From positions 3,892-67,891 of the forward strand of contig CAZJQI010000016.1 in NCBI GenBank assembly GCA_964548275.1: a DNA stretch of 64,000 nt, read 5' to 3'. This DNA comes from an uncultured Gemmatimonadales bacterium. Its GTDB lineage: Bacteria; Gemmatimonadota; Glassbacteria; GWA2-58-10. The position numbers and the translations under genes are program-made. Position 1 is the stretch's first letter. Each line of letters starts with the position of its first letter. Shown one piece after another: positions 28,183 to 37,189 of this stretch. The notes beneath the pieces were generated by a model, which was not told the origin of the DNA, searched no databases, and worked only from the letters and a program-made list of their open reading frames with translations.

Positions 28183-29982
28183 TTAAGTCCCCGGGGAAAC
28201 GACTTCCTGATCCTTGTACTGCAACTGGTAGAGGTTATAGTAAATTCCTTTATGCTGAAGAAGTTCCTCGTGTGAACCGGTCTCTGCGATCCGGCCGTGA
28301 TGCATCACGATAATCCGGTTTACATGGCGGATTGTGGAAAGGCGGTGAGCGATTATCAGGCTCGTGCGGCCTGCGATCAGCCGCTCCAGAGCCTTCTGGA
28401 TCAGGTATTCGGTATGGCTATCCACGCTGCTGGTTGCCTCGTCCAGCACCAGGATTCTCGGGTTCTTGTACATCACGCGGGCAAATGACAGCAACTGTCT
28501 CTGGCCGGCGCTGAGTGTGGAACCCCTTTCGGTCAATTCGTGATCGTACCCGCCGGGCAGCCTCTCGATAAACTCGTCCGCTTCGATCGCCTCCGCTGCC
28601 TCAGTTATTTTCCCCATTCCCGGGTTGTCCTCACCCAGTGCAATGTTGCTTTTTACAGTACCGGAAAAGATAAACACATCCTGAAGCGCTGTCCCGATAT
28701 TTTGCCTGAGCCACTTTTTGTCGAAATTCCGGATATTTATCCCGTCGATCATGATCTCTCCCTCCTGGGGGTCGTAGAATCGGGCCAGAAGGTTGATAAT
28801 AGTTGTTTTGCCTGCTCCGGTGGAGCCCACGACCGCAATTTTCTCGCCCGGCTCCACCTCGAAATCTATCCCCCGAAGTACAGGTTCATCCTGATTGTAA
28901 GCAAAGTGCACGTCCCTAAAGCTCACTCGTCCCTCTATACGGTCGCGCCAGGTGGGTGCCGGGGTGTCGGGGATAATATCTTTCATATCGAGCAGCCTGA
29001 AAATGCGTTCTGAGGAGGCTGCCGCTGCCTGGAAAATATTGTACTTTTCGCTCAGGTCGCTGATCGGCTTGAAAAATTTCTCCACATACTGGATAAATGC
29101 CACCAGTACACCGAAAGTCAGTGTGCCTTCCATCACGCTCAAGCCTCCGTACCAGAGGATTATTGCCAGAGCGATCGTGCCGATCAGTTCGATCAGCGGG
29201 AAGAAGAGCGCATAGTAGAAGATCGTCTGAAGGTAGGCGTCCATGTGGTCGAGGTTGAGAGTGTCGAATCTTTTCCGTGTGCGCTCCTGGCGGTTGAAAA
29301 GCTGAATGATACTCATCCCGGAAAGTGCCTCCTGAAGGAAGGCGTTGATACGTGCGAGCCGGGTGCGCACGAGCCGGAAAGCTTCCCTCATTTTCTTTCG
29401 GAAATAAAAAGTAATGACCAGCAGCACAGGCAGAATGGAGAAAATGAGCAAGGCGAGTTTCAGGTTCATCCAGAGCATGACGATCATGATTCCTGCGATC
29501 ATCGCCAGGTCGCCGATAACGGTCACAAGACCAGTGGAAAATAGCTGGTTGAGCACCTCCACATCGCTGGTGGCCCGGGTGACCAGCCTCCCCACCGGGT
29601 TCCGGTCGAAAAACCTGAGCGAAAGTCTCTGAAGGTGGCTGAACAGGTCCATGCGCAGATCGTACATCGTTTTCTGGCCCAGGTAGTTCATAATATATAT
29701 CTGTGCGCAGCGGGAAATAAAATCGCCCGTGATCGCCAGCAGATAGATAATGATCAGGGTGAGAAAACCCTCGAGCTTGCCTGGGACAATGTACTTGTCG
29801 ATACCTACCTTGACCAGGTAGGGCCCGGCTAACTGGCAGGCAGAGCTGGCCAGCAGGCACAGCGTACCAAGAACCACGAGTATCAGATACGGTCGCAGGT
29901 ACTGGAAAAGGCGGCGCGCCAGCCAGACGTCGTACGCCTTGCCGGTAACCTCATCCTCCATCATGAAACTTCTGCTTTTCAA
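28183..29982 (-). CDS. ABC exporter, fused TMD-NBD (MdlB/YheH-like half of a heterodimer)
   Basis: GKAYDVWLARRL start, GSTGAGKTT, LSAGQRQL, LVLDEATS. Confidence 0.93.
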   Translation of the reverse strand: MKSRSFMMEDEVTGKAYDVWLARRLFQYLRPYLILVVLGTLCLLASSACQLAGPYLVKVGIDKYIVPGKLEGFLTLIIIYLLAITGDFISRCAQIYIMNYLGQKTMYDLRMDLFSHLQRLSLRFFDRNPVGRLVTRATSDVEVLNQLFSTGLVTVIGDLAMIAGIMIVMLWMNLKLALLIFSILPVLLVITFYFRKKMREAFRLVRTRLARINAFLQEALSGMSIIQLFNRQERTRKRFDTLNLDHMDAYLQTIFYYALFFPLIELIGTIALAIILWYGGLSVMEGTLTFGVLVAFIQYVEKFFKPISDLSEKYNIFQAAAASSERIFRLLDMKDIIPDTPAPTWRDRIEGRVSFRDVHFAYNQDEPVLRGIDFEVEPGEKIAVVGSTGAGKTTIINLLARFYDPQEGEIMIDGINIRNFDKKWLRQNIGTALQDVFIFSGTVKSNIALGEDNPGMGKITEAAEAIEADEFIERLPGGYDHELTERGSTLSAGQRQLLSFARVMYKNPRILVLDEATSSVDSHTEYLIQKALERLIAGRTSLIIAHRLSTIRHVNRIIVMHHGRIAETGSHEELLQHKGIYYNLYQLQYKDQEVVSPGT

Positions 29983-31766
29983 GAATACCTCTCTATCTTT
30001 TCCTGCAGGAGTTGTTTCTCATACAGCGAAAAATAGTATCCCGGCTCTTCGAGCAGTTCGTTATGCGTGCCGCGCTGGGTGATCCGGCCGCCCTGGAGAA
30101 CCACGATCTGGTCTGCAGCCTTGATGGCGCTGATTCTGTGACTGACAATGATTGTCGTCCTTTCGGCTGAATAGGCTCTCAGATTCTTGAGAATCGTTTC
30201 CTCGGTTTGTGTATCCACGTTCGAGAAGCAGTCATCGAGCAGAAGGATCGGCGCATTGACAATCAGGGCCCGGCTGATCGTTGTACGCTGTTTCTGCCCC
30301 CCGGAAAGGTTGATTCCCCGCTCACCGAGCAGTGTATCGAGCTTGTCCGGGAATCCGGTGACATCATTGTGCAGACCGGCCATTTTTACCACCCTGGCGA
30401 TTTCATCCTCTTCCACGTTCCTTTCCAGGCCGTAGAGGATGTTATCCCGGATACTCTCGGAAAACAGGAACGTATCCTGGGGCACCATGGCGATTGCGCC
30501 CCGAAGCCGTGCGACCGGCCAGTCGAGCACGTCCACCCCGTCAACCAGCAGACAGCCAGGCCGGGGGTTGAAAAGCCTGGAAACCAGGTTCAGGAGCGTA
30601 CTCTTGCCGCAGCCCACAGGCCCCACAACCGCAATTGTACTGCCTGGCTGGATTTCGATACTGATATTGCGCAGAACCGGCTCGTTACTGCCAGAATAAG
30701 CGAAAGAAAGATCCCGAAAAGAAATACTGCCCTCCACAGCAGTTTTACTCGCAAGAACGGGCGAGGGCTGCACAGGGTCAGTTATATCGCTTTTTACCCT
30801 GAAAAGTTCAATGATCCGTCCCAGGGAGGCCCGCCCGCGCTGGATCACATTGAGTACGAAACCCACCGCAATCATCGGCCAGTACATCATTCCAAAGTAG
30901 ATGAAAAACGCGGTAAGATCGCCCAGGGTGATCGAATTCCGCACCACCAGGATTCCACCGTAGGCCAGGATGATCAGCGCCGAAAGCCCGCTCAGGAACG
31001 CCATGAATGGATAGAGAACACCTGAAACCGTAACCAGGCGCATGTTTCGCTGGAGGTAGTCCCGGTTCATCCGCTCAAACCGCTCGATTTCGCTTTCCTC
31101 GCGCGTGAACGACTTGATAACCCGGATCCCGGCCAGATTTTCCTGCACCTTTGCTGTGATATCGCTCAGCCGCCTCTGCACCTCCATTGACCGGTCGTGG
31201 ATTATCCTGCCGATCTTCCTGTAACTGGCGCTGACCAGCGCCAGCGGCAGAAAAGCAAGCAGTGCCAGTTTTAAATCGAGATATATCATCACCGGCACTG
31301 CAAAAAGCACGGTCACCACGGTCTGGAAAGAGTACATGATCGCCGGCCCAAGGAGCATGCGCACCTCGTTGAGATCGTTCGTAGCGCGGCTGAGAATATC
31401 GCCGATACGTGTGCGCTGGTAAAAGGAAAGCGGCAGGGTTTCGAGATGCTCGAACAGGTCTGCCCGGATCCTGTACTCGATTTTCCGGCTGGTCCCGATC
31501 AGTATCTTGCGCATGAGAAAACGGAACAGGCCCACTAAGAGCTTCAGGCCTACCAGCCCGAGAATGCTTAAAGTTACTATCCGCGCCTCAGCGCCCCTTT
31601 CAACTGCCTCGATGCTGTATTTGATAACCAGGGGCACCAGCATTCCTATAGAGTTGGTCAGAAAAGCGCAGCCCAGCCCCACTGCGAACATCCGACGCTG
31701 TGGCGCCAGGTATTTACCCAGCGGTTTGAGTGATTTCCAGAAGCCGTTTTCAGAATTATCTGGCAT
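29979..31766 (-). CDS. ABC exporter, fused TMD-NBD (MdlA/YheI-like half with a degenerate site)
   Basis: GPVGCGKST, LSGGQKQR, and LLLDDCFS (Walker B Glu replaced by Asp). 4-nt overlap with its partner. Start taken at MPDNSE. Confidence 0.92.
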   Translation of the reverse strand: MPDNSENGFWKSLKPLGKYLAPQRRMFAVGLGCAFLTNSIGMLVPLVIKYSIEAVERGAEARIVTLSILGLVGLKLLVGLFRFLMRKILIGTSRKIEYRIRADLFEHLETLPLSFYQRTRIGDILSRATNDLNEVRMLLGPAIMYSFQTVVTVLFAVPVMIYLDLKLALLAFLPLALVSASYRKIGRIIHDRSMEVQRRLSDITAKVQENLAGIRVIKSFTREESEIERFERMNRDYLQRNMRLVTVSGVLYPFMAFLSGLSALIILAYGGILVVRNSITLGDLTAFFIYFGMMYWPMIAVGFVLNVIQRGRASLGRIIELFRVKSDITDPVQPSPVLASKTAVEGSISFRDLSFAYSGSNEPVLRNISIEIQPGSTIAVVGPVGCGKSTLLNLVSRLFNPRPGCLLVDGVDVLDWPVARLRGAIAMVPQDTFLFSESIRDNILYGLERNVEEDEIARVVKMAGLHNDVTGFPDKLDTLLGERGINLSGGQKQRTTISRALIVNAPILLLDDCFSNVDTQTEETILKNLRAYSAERTTIIVSHRISAIKAADQIVVLQGGRITQRGTHNELLEEPGYYFSLYEKQLLQEKIERYS

Positions 31767-32056
31767 GACCTGCTGATAAATCGTTAAAAGTGAAAATCTC
31801 AAGCCAATACGGGGAAGTGGGCCGGGGCTTGCGGAGAATAAGCGCAGGATTCCAACTGCTCTTCTGGGTCTGGCTTGGATTTCGGACAGGCCGGGCGGCG
31901 AAAAGTCTCGATGGGTGATTGAATATATGAATGTGGTGCAATCCAAACTGCTGAAAAGAGAAATTCAGCAGCCGCGTTGTCAAGGACTTATCCTGCAAGA
32001 CATCAAGGCTCCTGCGGCCCTGCTTTCCAGGTTGGAGATTTTTCTCTCCAGGGAGA

Positions 32057-32947
32057 TTAAAGCCCCAGCCTGCTTTTTACTGTGGCGATATACTCCGGCG
32101 TGGTTCCACAGCAGCCGCCCAGGATTTTTACCCCGGCCGCTTTGAACTCCCCGGCCACTGCCGCCATTTGCTCCGCTGTTTCCGGATAAAAAGTTTCCCC
32201 GTTGCGCATCTCGGGAGCCCCTGCGTTGGGCTGAGCCGCTACTGGCAGAGATGTGCCCTTAACCATTTTGCTTGCCACCCTGAGCATGTCCCGTGTACCC
32301 ATCCCGCAGTTGGCTCCCACGGCGTCTACCCCCGCCTGTTCCAGCTTTTGGGCCACCTGTTCAGGAGCCAGACCCCACATGGTACGCATCCCGTTGGGGC
32401 CAGCCTCGAATGTCATCGATGCGATAACCGGCAGCTCAGAAAGCTTCCTGGCCGCCTCGAATGCAAGTAAAAGTTCCTCCACGTCCATGAATGTTTCTAA
32501 GATTATAAGGTTCACCCCGCCTTCAACAAGACCCGTTACCTGGCGCTCGTATCCTGTTCGGATTTCCTCTCTGCTGCGCGTTCCGCCCCAGTGCTCGAGA
32601 ATATCCCCGGTCGGGCCGATATCCCCGGCAACCAGAGCCTCATCCCCGGCAGCTTCGCACGCCAGTTTGGCTCCCTCCCGGTTCAACTCCTCCACCCTCT
32701 CGCTTGTCCCGTAATGGGCGAGCTTGATCGGATTCGCACCGAACGTGTTGGTAATTATAATGTCACTGCCCGCCTCGACACAGGATCTGTGAAGTTGAAG
32801 TACTTTATCCCTGTTGCTGTCCGTGTTCCAGAACTCTCCGCATTCCTCCCCGCTTTTCAGACCGGCCTTTTGAAGGTTGGTTCCCATCGCACAGTCGAGA
32901 AGAAGAATGTCTTTTCTTTTCAGTTTCTCGGCAAGTTTTTCTTTCAT
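32057..32947 (-). CDS. homocysteine S-methyltransferase domain protein (stand-alone MetH N-terminal domain)
   Basis: LLDCAMGT, AGSDIIITNTFGAN, VAGDIGPTG, ETFMD, GANC, PNAGAP, GGCCGTTPEYI. Confidence 0.9.
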   Translation of the reverse strand: MKEKLAEKLKRKDILLLDCAMGTNLQKAGLKSGEECGEFWNTDSNRDKVLQLHRSCVEAGSDIIITNTFGANPIKLAHYGTSERVEELNREGAKLACEAAGDEALVAGDIGPTGDILEHWGGTRSREEIRTGYERQVTGLVEGGVNLIILETFMDVEELLLAFEAARKLSELPVIASMTFEAGPNGMRTMWGLAPEQVAQKLEQAGVDAVGANCGMGTRDMLRVASKMVKGTSLPVAAQPNAGAPEMRNGETFYPETAEQMAAVAGEFKAAGVKILGGCCGTTPEYIATVKSRLGL

Positions 32948-32957
32948 GGCTTGATTC

Positions 32958-33190
32958 AATAACCGGTTTAAAGCGTATAATTCATGAAACCCGGACATTG
33001 ACAGGGCTGATCACTTATTTTTGGTTTTTTATCAGCCACCGAGGGAGGGGGCGGCGGCTGGGCGACTGAAGTCGCACAGACCGTTGCGCTTTTGCGCAAC
33101 GGCGCGCATTTCATGCGCCCGCCGCCCCCCCAAGCCCCGGGGAAACATAACATCTTACTAATTTATGAATAACCGGTTTAGAGCGTAAAA
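32958..33190. repeat. 23-bp direct repeats (210-bp period) flanking a GC-rich four-way-junction palindromic element
   Basis: AATAACCGGTTTAAAGCGTATAA (32958-32980) versus AATAACCGGTTTAGAGCGTAAAA (33168-33190). The inner segment 33047-33129 folds into a closing stem plus three hairpins. Confidence 0.8.
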
Positions 33191-33269
33191 ATTATTTCTA
33201 TAATTTTAAAAAGCTAATATATTGAGTGATCAAATGCAAGGCTGTCCCATATACCAGGAGTTTCAAGCG

Positions 33270-34313
33270 ATGAAAGGCAAGCAGGTTTCAAACTTTATTT
33301 CAACTCTTCCAAAAGTGGAGCTTCATATTCATTTGGAGGGTTCGGTGTGGCCGGATTTGCTGGCCGGTATCGTTGAGGATCGGGGAATATCGTCAGGTGA
33401 GCAGATTAGAGCGCTTTACCGATTTGGAGATTTTCCCGGCTTTCTACAGGCATACAGGAGAGTGAACGAGCTGTTGAGCCGGCCGGAAGATTTCTATCAC
33501 ATCGCGCTCGCAATTGCAAGGCGACTGGCCGGTCAGAGGATCTTCTACGCGGAGTTGACCTATAACCCGCTGCTCCACACCAGGCAGGGTCTCGACCATG
33601 ACGAAACAATGGGCTGTATCCTCGAGGGGTTTAAAGCGGCACGCTGCGAGGGAAAATGCCCCAGGATAAACTTTATTTACGATACTGCGCGCCAGTGGGG
33701 GAGCGAGGCAGCACTTGAAACCGTTGAACTTGCAGCAGGCGATCTTGCAGCGGGTCTGCCTGTGGTCGCTTTTGGAGTGGGTGGGGACGAATTGAGCGCT
33801 CCGGCCCGGGAGCTGGAGGAGGCGTTCCGTCTGGCGGAGTCCCGGGGCCTGCGGAAGTTTGTCCACGCAGGCGAGCTTGGGGAGGCAGGACCCATATGGG
33901 AGGCGGTCGAAATTCTCGGTGCGGACCGTATAGGCCACGGGATAGCAGCGGTCAAGGATAAAAAACTGATAAAAATCCTTGCAGAGCGCCAGATTGCGCT
34001 GGATATCTGCCTCACCAGTAATGTCATGACCGGAGCGGTGAGAAGTTTCGACAAGCATCCATGGATGGAATTGGTTAAGGCCGGCGTACCCGTAACCCTG
34101 GGAAGCGACGATCCAGGATTTTTCGGGGTCTGGTTGGAAGATGAGCTTAAAAAGGCTGTACAAACATGGAACCTGGAGGCTGGATTGGTCAGTCAACTGA
34201 TGGAGAATGGCGTGCGGTATTCATTCCTGAGTGCAAAGGAGAAAAAAAGCCTGGAGGCCAGGCTAACACCAGAGGCTGCGGAGGAAACGGGAATTCAGGA
34301 CAGCGACTGCTGA
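33270..34313 (+). CDS. add: adenosine/adenine deaminase family protein
   Basis: LPKVELHIHLEGS, VHAGE, ADRIGHGI, CLTSN and GSDDPGFF. AGGAG RBS before ATG 33270. Confidence 0.92.
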   Translation: MKGKQVSNFISTLPKVELHIHLEGSVWPDLLAGIVEDRGISSGEQIRALYRFGDFPGFLQAYRRVNELLSRPEDFYHIALAIARRLAGQRIFYAELTYNPLLHTRQGLDHDETMGCILEGFKAARCEGKCPRINFIYDTARQWGSEAALETVELAAGDLAAGLPVVAFGVGGDELSAPARELEEAFRLAESRGLRKFVHAGELGEAGPIWEAVEILGADRIGHGIAAVKDKKLIKILAERQIALDICLTSNVMTGAVRSFDKHPWMELVKAGVPVTLGSDDPGFFGVWLEDELKKAVQTWNLEAGLVSQLMENGVRYSFLSAKEKKSLEARLTPEAAEETGIQDSDC

Positions 34314-34316
34314 AAT

Positions 34317-35240
34317 TCACGCTTTCAGGTGATTTGTTGGCTCGATCCAGGTATCCGGCTGAATAGCGCTTTTCAGTATATCGAGAAAAGCGATAGTGGA
34401 TGGCGAGAAAAATTGACCCTTGCGGTAAATCAGGCCCAGGTGACGCTCGAAACGGATCTCTCCGGTGGGCATGGATATCAGTGTACCCTCCTCCAGTTCT
34501 TTGATAACTGACATCTCAGGCAGAATTGATACTCCGAGACCTGCCTCTACCAGCTTTTTCATCGCCTCCGGACGGTCGATTTCCATGTCTGGCATGAGTG
34601 TTCTGCCCTCCTTCTCGAATATCCCTTCGATTATTTTCCTGGTAACAGAGCCTTTTTTGTAGACAATTACTGTGGTTTGCTCAAGGTCGGCCAGGCTGAC
34701 AACTTTTTTGCTGGCGAGTGGGTGCCCAGCCGGCGCGATTACCAGCATCCGGTCCTGGTAAATCGGGATCGAGACCAGATTTTTATCCTCAACCGGCAGG
34801 GTGACAAATCCCAGGTCGAGCTCCCCTTCCAGCACGCCGCGAGAGATACTGGTTGAGTTGTCCACCTCGATCGAGATCTCAACCCGCGGATATTTCTCGT
34901 GAAAGTCCCGAAATATTTTCGGCAGCACGTAAATACTGATAACATCCACCGTGCCGAGAGAGAGGCTTCCTGTCTCAAGGCTTTTCAGGTCTTCCAGGAT
35001 GGCTTCCGCTTCCCGCAGTTGCTGGAATATCTTCCGCGTGTGGGCATGGAGAATCTCTCCGGCCCGTGTGAGCTGAATCCGTCTCCCCTGCCGCTCGAAA
35101 AGTTTCTGGCCAAGGGCTTCTTCCAGTTTCTTGATCTGGTTGCTCACTGCCGGCTGTGTCAGCAGCAGCTCCTGCGAGGCGCGGGTAAAGCTGCCGGTTT
35201 CAGCAACGGTGTGGAAATAACGAAGTTGCTCGACATACAT
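34317..35240 (-). CDS. LysR-family transcriptional regulator
   Basis: QLRYFHTVAETGSFTRASQELLLTQPAVSNQIKKLEEALGQKLFER HTH, followed by a substrate-binding domain. Confidence 0.95.
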   Translation of the reverse strand: MYVEQLRYFHTVAETGSFTRASQELLLTQPAVSNQIKKLEEALGQKLFERQGRRIQLTRAGEILHAHTRKIFQQLREAEAILEDLKSLETGSLSLGTVDVISIYVLPKIFRDFHEKYPRVEISIEVDNSTSISRGVLEGELDLGFVTLPVEDKNLVSIPIYQDRMLVIAPAGHPLASKKVVSLADLEQTTVIVYKKGSVTRKIIEGIFEKEGRTLMPDMEIDRPEAMKKLVEAGLGVSILPEMSVIKELEEGTLISMPTGEIRFERHLGLIYRKGQFFSPSTIAFLDILKSAIQPDTWIEPTNHLKA

Positions 35241-35452
35241 CGGAAACCTCGAATCAGAAAAGATTATCGAAAAAACCTTTAATCGAAAAGAATTCCTCGG
35301 AGCTTGCTTCGGGGTAAATTGCTTGATGGTTTTATCCCTGTTTTCATAGAGTTGCCGTGTGACACATACAATATTAACTCTCATCCTTCACGATTTGGAA
35401 AGAAGGGGATTAAACCTGGTGATTTTATTTCAGATCGTGCTTGAGAGCCACC

Positions 35453-35617
35453 ATTCCCCCCTATCAAGGGGGGACATTCCAAATTCCCCCCTATCAAGGG
35501 GGGAGACAGGGGGGTGTTATATTAAACAGTTGGGGTTTAGTACCCGAAATCGGGATCACGGATTTCAGGGATTCACAAACGGATCACACGGATACCCCGC
35601 AGTTCTGCCGCGGAGTA
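35453..35617. repeat. cluster of short REP-like palindromic repeats
   Basis: Two copies of ATTCCCCCCTATCAAGGGGGGA (35453-35474, 35483-35504) plus CAGGGGGG. CACGGAT-type iterons at 35551-35593. Hairpin TACCCCGCAGTTCTGCCGCGGAGTA at 35593-35617. Confidence 0.75.
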
Positions 35618-35645
35618 GTCCATTAAATATAAGATAGATCTATCT

Positions 35646-35660
35646 ATAAGTCAAACTTAT
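35646..35660. promoter_or_regulatory. candidate LysR box
   Basis: ATAAG-N5-CTTAT (T-N11-A), next to the palindrome AGATAGATCTATCT and upstream of TTGACA at 35683. Confidence 0.4.
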
Positions 35661-35890
35661 GAGACCCATAAAAATAATAAATTTGACAAATGCTGAAGTG
35701 GCATTATAGATTAAATCAAATATGAATTAATTCTCTTCTCTTATATTTTTCTTGCGCTTGGTTCGGGTTCGACGGCTTTCCTGGAACCAAACTTGTTACC
35801 CAAGCTTGCTGATTCAGGTGTAAAAGATCTCTCTTCTAAAAATTTATCAATATCAAAATTTTTCGTCTGGTTGAGTAACAGGAGGCATGG

Positions 35891-37024
35891 ATGGATAAAA
35901 AGGTAAGGGTTGCGATCATCGGTGTAGGCAACTGCGCCAGTTCTCTTGTGCAGGGAGTCGAATTTTATAAGGACGCTCCCGAGAACGAATTTATTCCCGG
36001 CCTGATGCATACGAACCTGGGCGGGTATCATGTAGGCGACATCGAGTTCGTTGCCGCCGTGGATGTCAATAAGACCAAGGTTGGCAGGGATCTTTCCGAG
36101 GCCATCTATGCCGAACCCAACAATACTTACCGTTTTTGCGATGTACCGGGTACAGGTGTCAGGGTGATGAGAGGCGAGGTCCTGGACGGGATCGGCAAGT
36201 ACCTCTCTGATGTGATCGAGATGTCCGATGAGCCGGAAGTCGATCTGGTCAGGCTCCTGCGCGAGACCAGGACCGATGTTGTGGTCAGTTACCTTCCCGT
36301 GGGAAGCGAACAGGCCACCCGGAACTACGCAGATAAGGCGCTCGAGGCTGGCGTGGGGTTTGTCAACTGCATCCCGGTATTTATCGCCAAGGACAATGAG
36401 TGGGCAGAGCGTTTCCGCAAGCGCGGTGTGCCGCTTATCGGCGATGATATCAAGAGCCAGGTCGGGGCGACTATTCTCCATCGCGTAATTACCAAACTGT
36501 TCCGGGACCGCGGAGTTAAACTCATGCGCACCAGTCAGCTCAATGTTGGCGGCAACACGGATTTTCTCAACATGCTCGAAAGGGAGCGCCTGGAAAGCAA
36601 GAGAATCTCCAAGACCAATGCGGTGACCAGCCAACTCGACTACGATATCGGCGCCAGAAACGTCTATATCGGCCCCAGCGACTATGTAAGCTGGCTCGAT
36701 GACCGCAAGTGGGCGCACATTCGTCTTGAAGGCCAGACTTTCGGCAACGTGCCTCTGAATATCGAGCTCAAACTCGAGGTCTGGGACAGTCCCAATTCCG
36801 CCGGCGTGGTAATCGACGCCGTACGTTGCTGCAAGCTCGCTCTGGATAACGGTGTCGGCGGACCGCTCTACGGCCCTTCGGCTTATTTCATGAAAAGCCC
36901 GCCGTTCCAGTATGCGGATGAAGAAGCCTGCCGGATGGTGGAAGATTTCATCTGCAACATGACCGGCAGCCAATCGCAGGAAAGCAGCGAGGAAGTGGAA
37001 CTGGCCTCGGCCAGGAAAAGCTGA
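35891..37024 (+). CDS. ino1: myo-inositol-1-phosphate synthase
   Basis: [64 protein letters not shown]. Confidence 0.97.
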   Translation: MDKKVRVAIIGVGNCASSLVQGVEFYKDAPENEFIPGLMHTNLGGYHVGDIEFVAAVDVNKTKVGRDLSEAIYAEPNNTYRFCDVPGTGVRVMRGEVLDGIGKYLSDVIEMSDEPEVDLVRLLRETRTDVVVSYLPVGSEQATRNYADKALEAGVGFVNCIPVFIAKDNEWAERFRKRGVPLIGDDIKSQVGATILHRVITKLFRDRGVKLMRTSQLNVGGNTDFLNMLERERLESKRISKTNAVTSQLDYDIGARNVYIGPSDYVSWLDDRKWAHIRLEGQTFGNVPLNIELKLEVWDSPNSAGVVIDAVRCCKLALDNGVGGPLYGPSAYFMKSPPFQYADEEACRMVEDFICNMTGSQSQESSEEVELASARKS

Positions 37025-37053
37025 AGTAATAATCTCACGCACCAGCAAAGCTT

Positions 37054-37095
37054 GAAAACCCCGTCCCTGAATCCACCGGACGGGGTTTTCTTTTT
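37054..37095 (+). terminator. intrinsic terminator
   Basis: GAAAACCCCGTCC-N11-GGACGGGGTTTTC followed by TTTTT. Confidence 0.88.
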
Positions 37096-37189
37096 GTGGC
37101 TGTCCTTGATCAGTTTTATTATTTTTTAAATAGTAAAAGGCAATTCGGATTTAAACTCGGGCAACAACGCAAAACTTACGGATGATAAA

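Noticed and set aside
33047-33129. tRNA or SAM-I riboswitch
   Set aside because: It is cloverleaf-like, but has no D-loop GG, T-loop TTC, 7-nt anticodon loop or CCA, and no S-box consensus (ATC..GAG..GCAACC..GTGC) on either strand
35453-35504. CRISPR array
   Set aside because: Only two 22-bp units with an 8-nt spacer, and no cas genes
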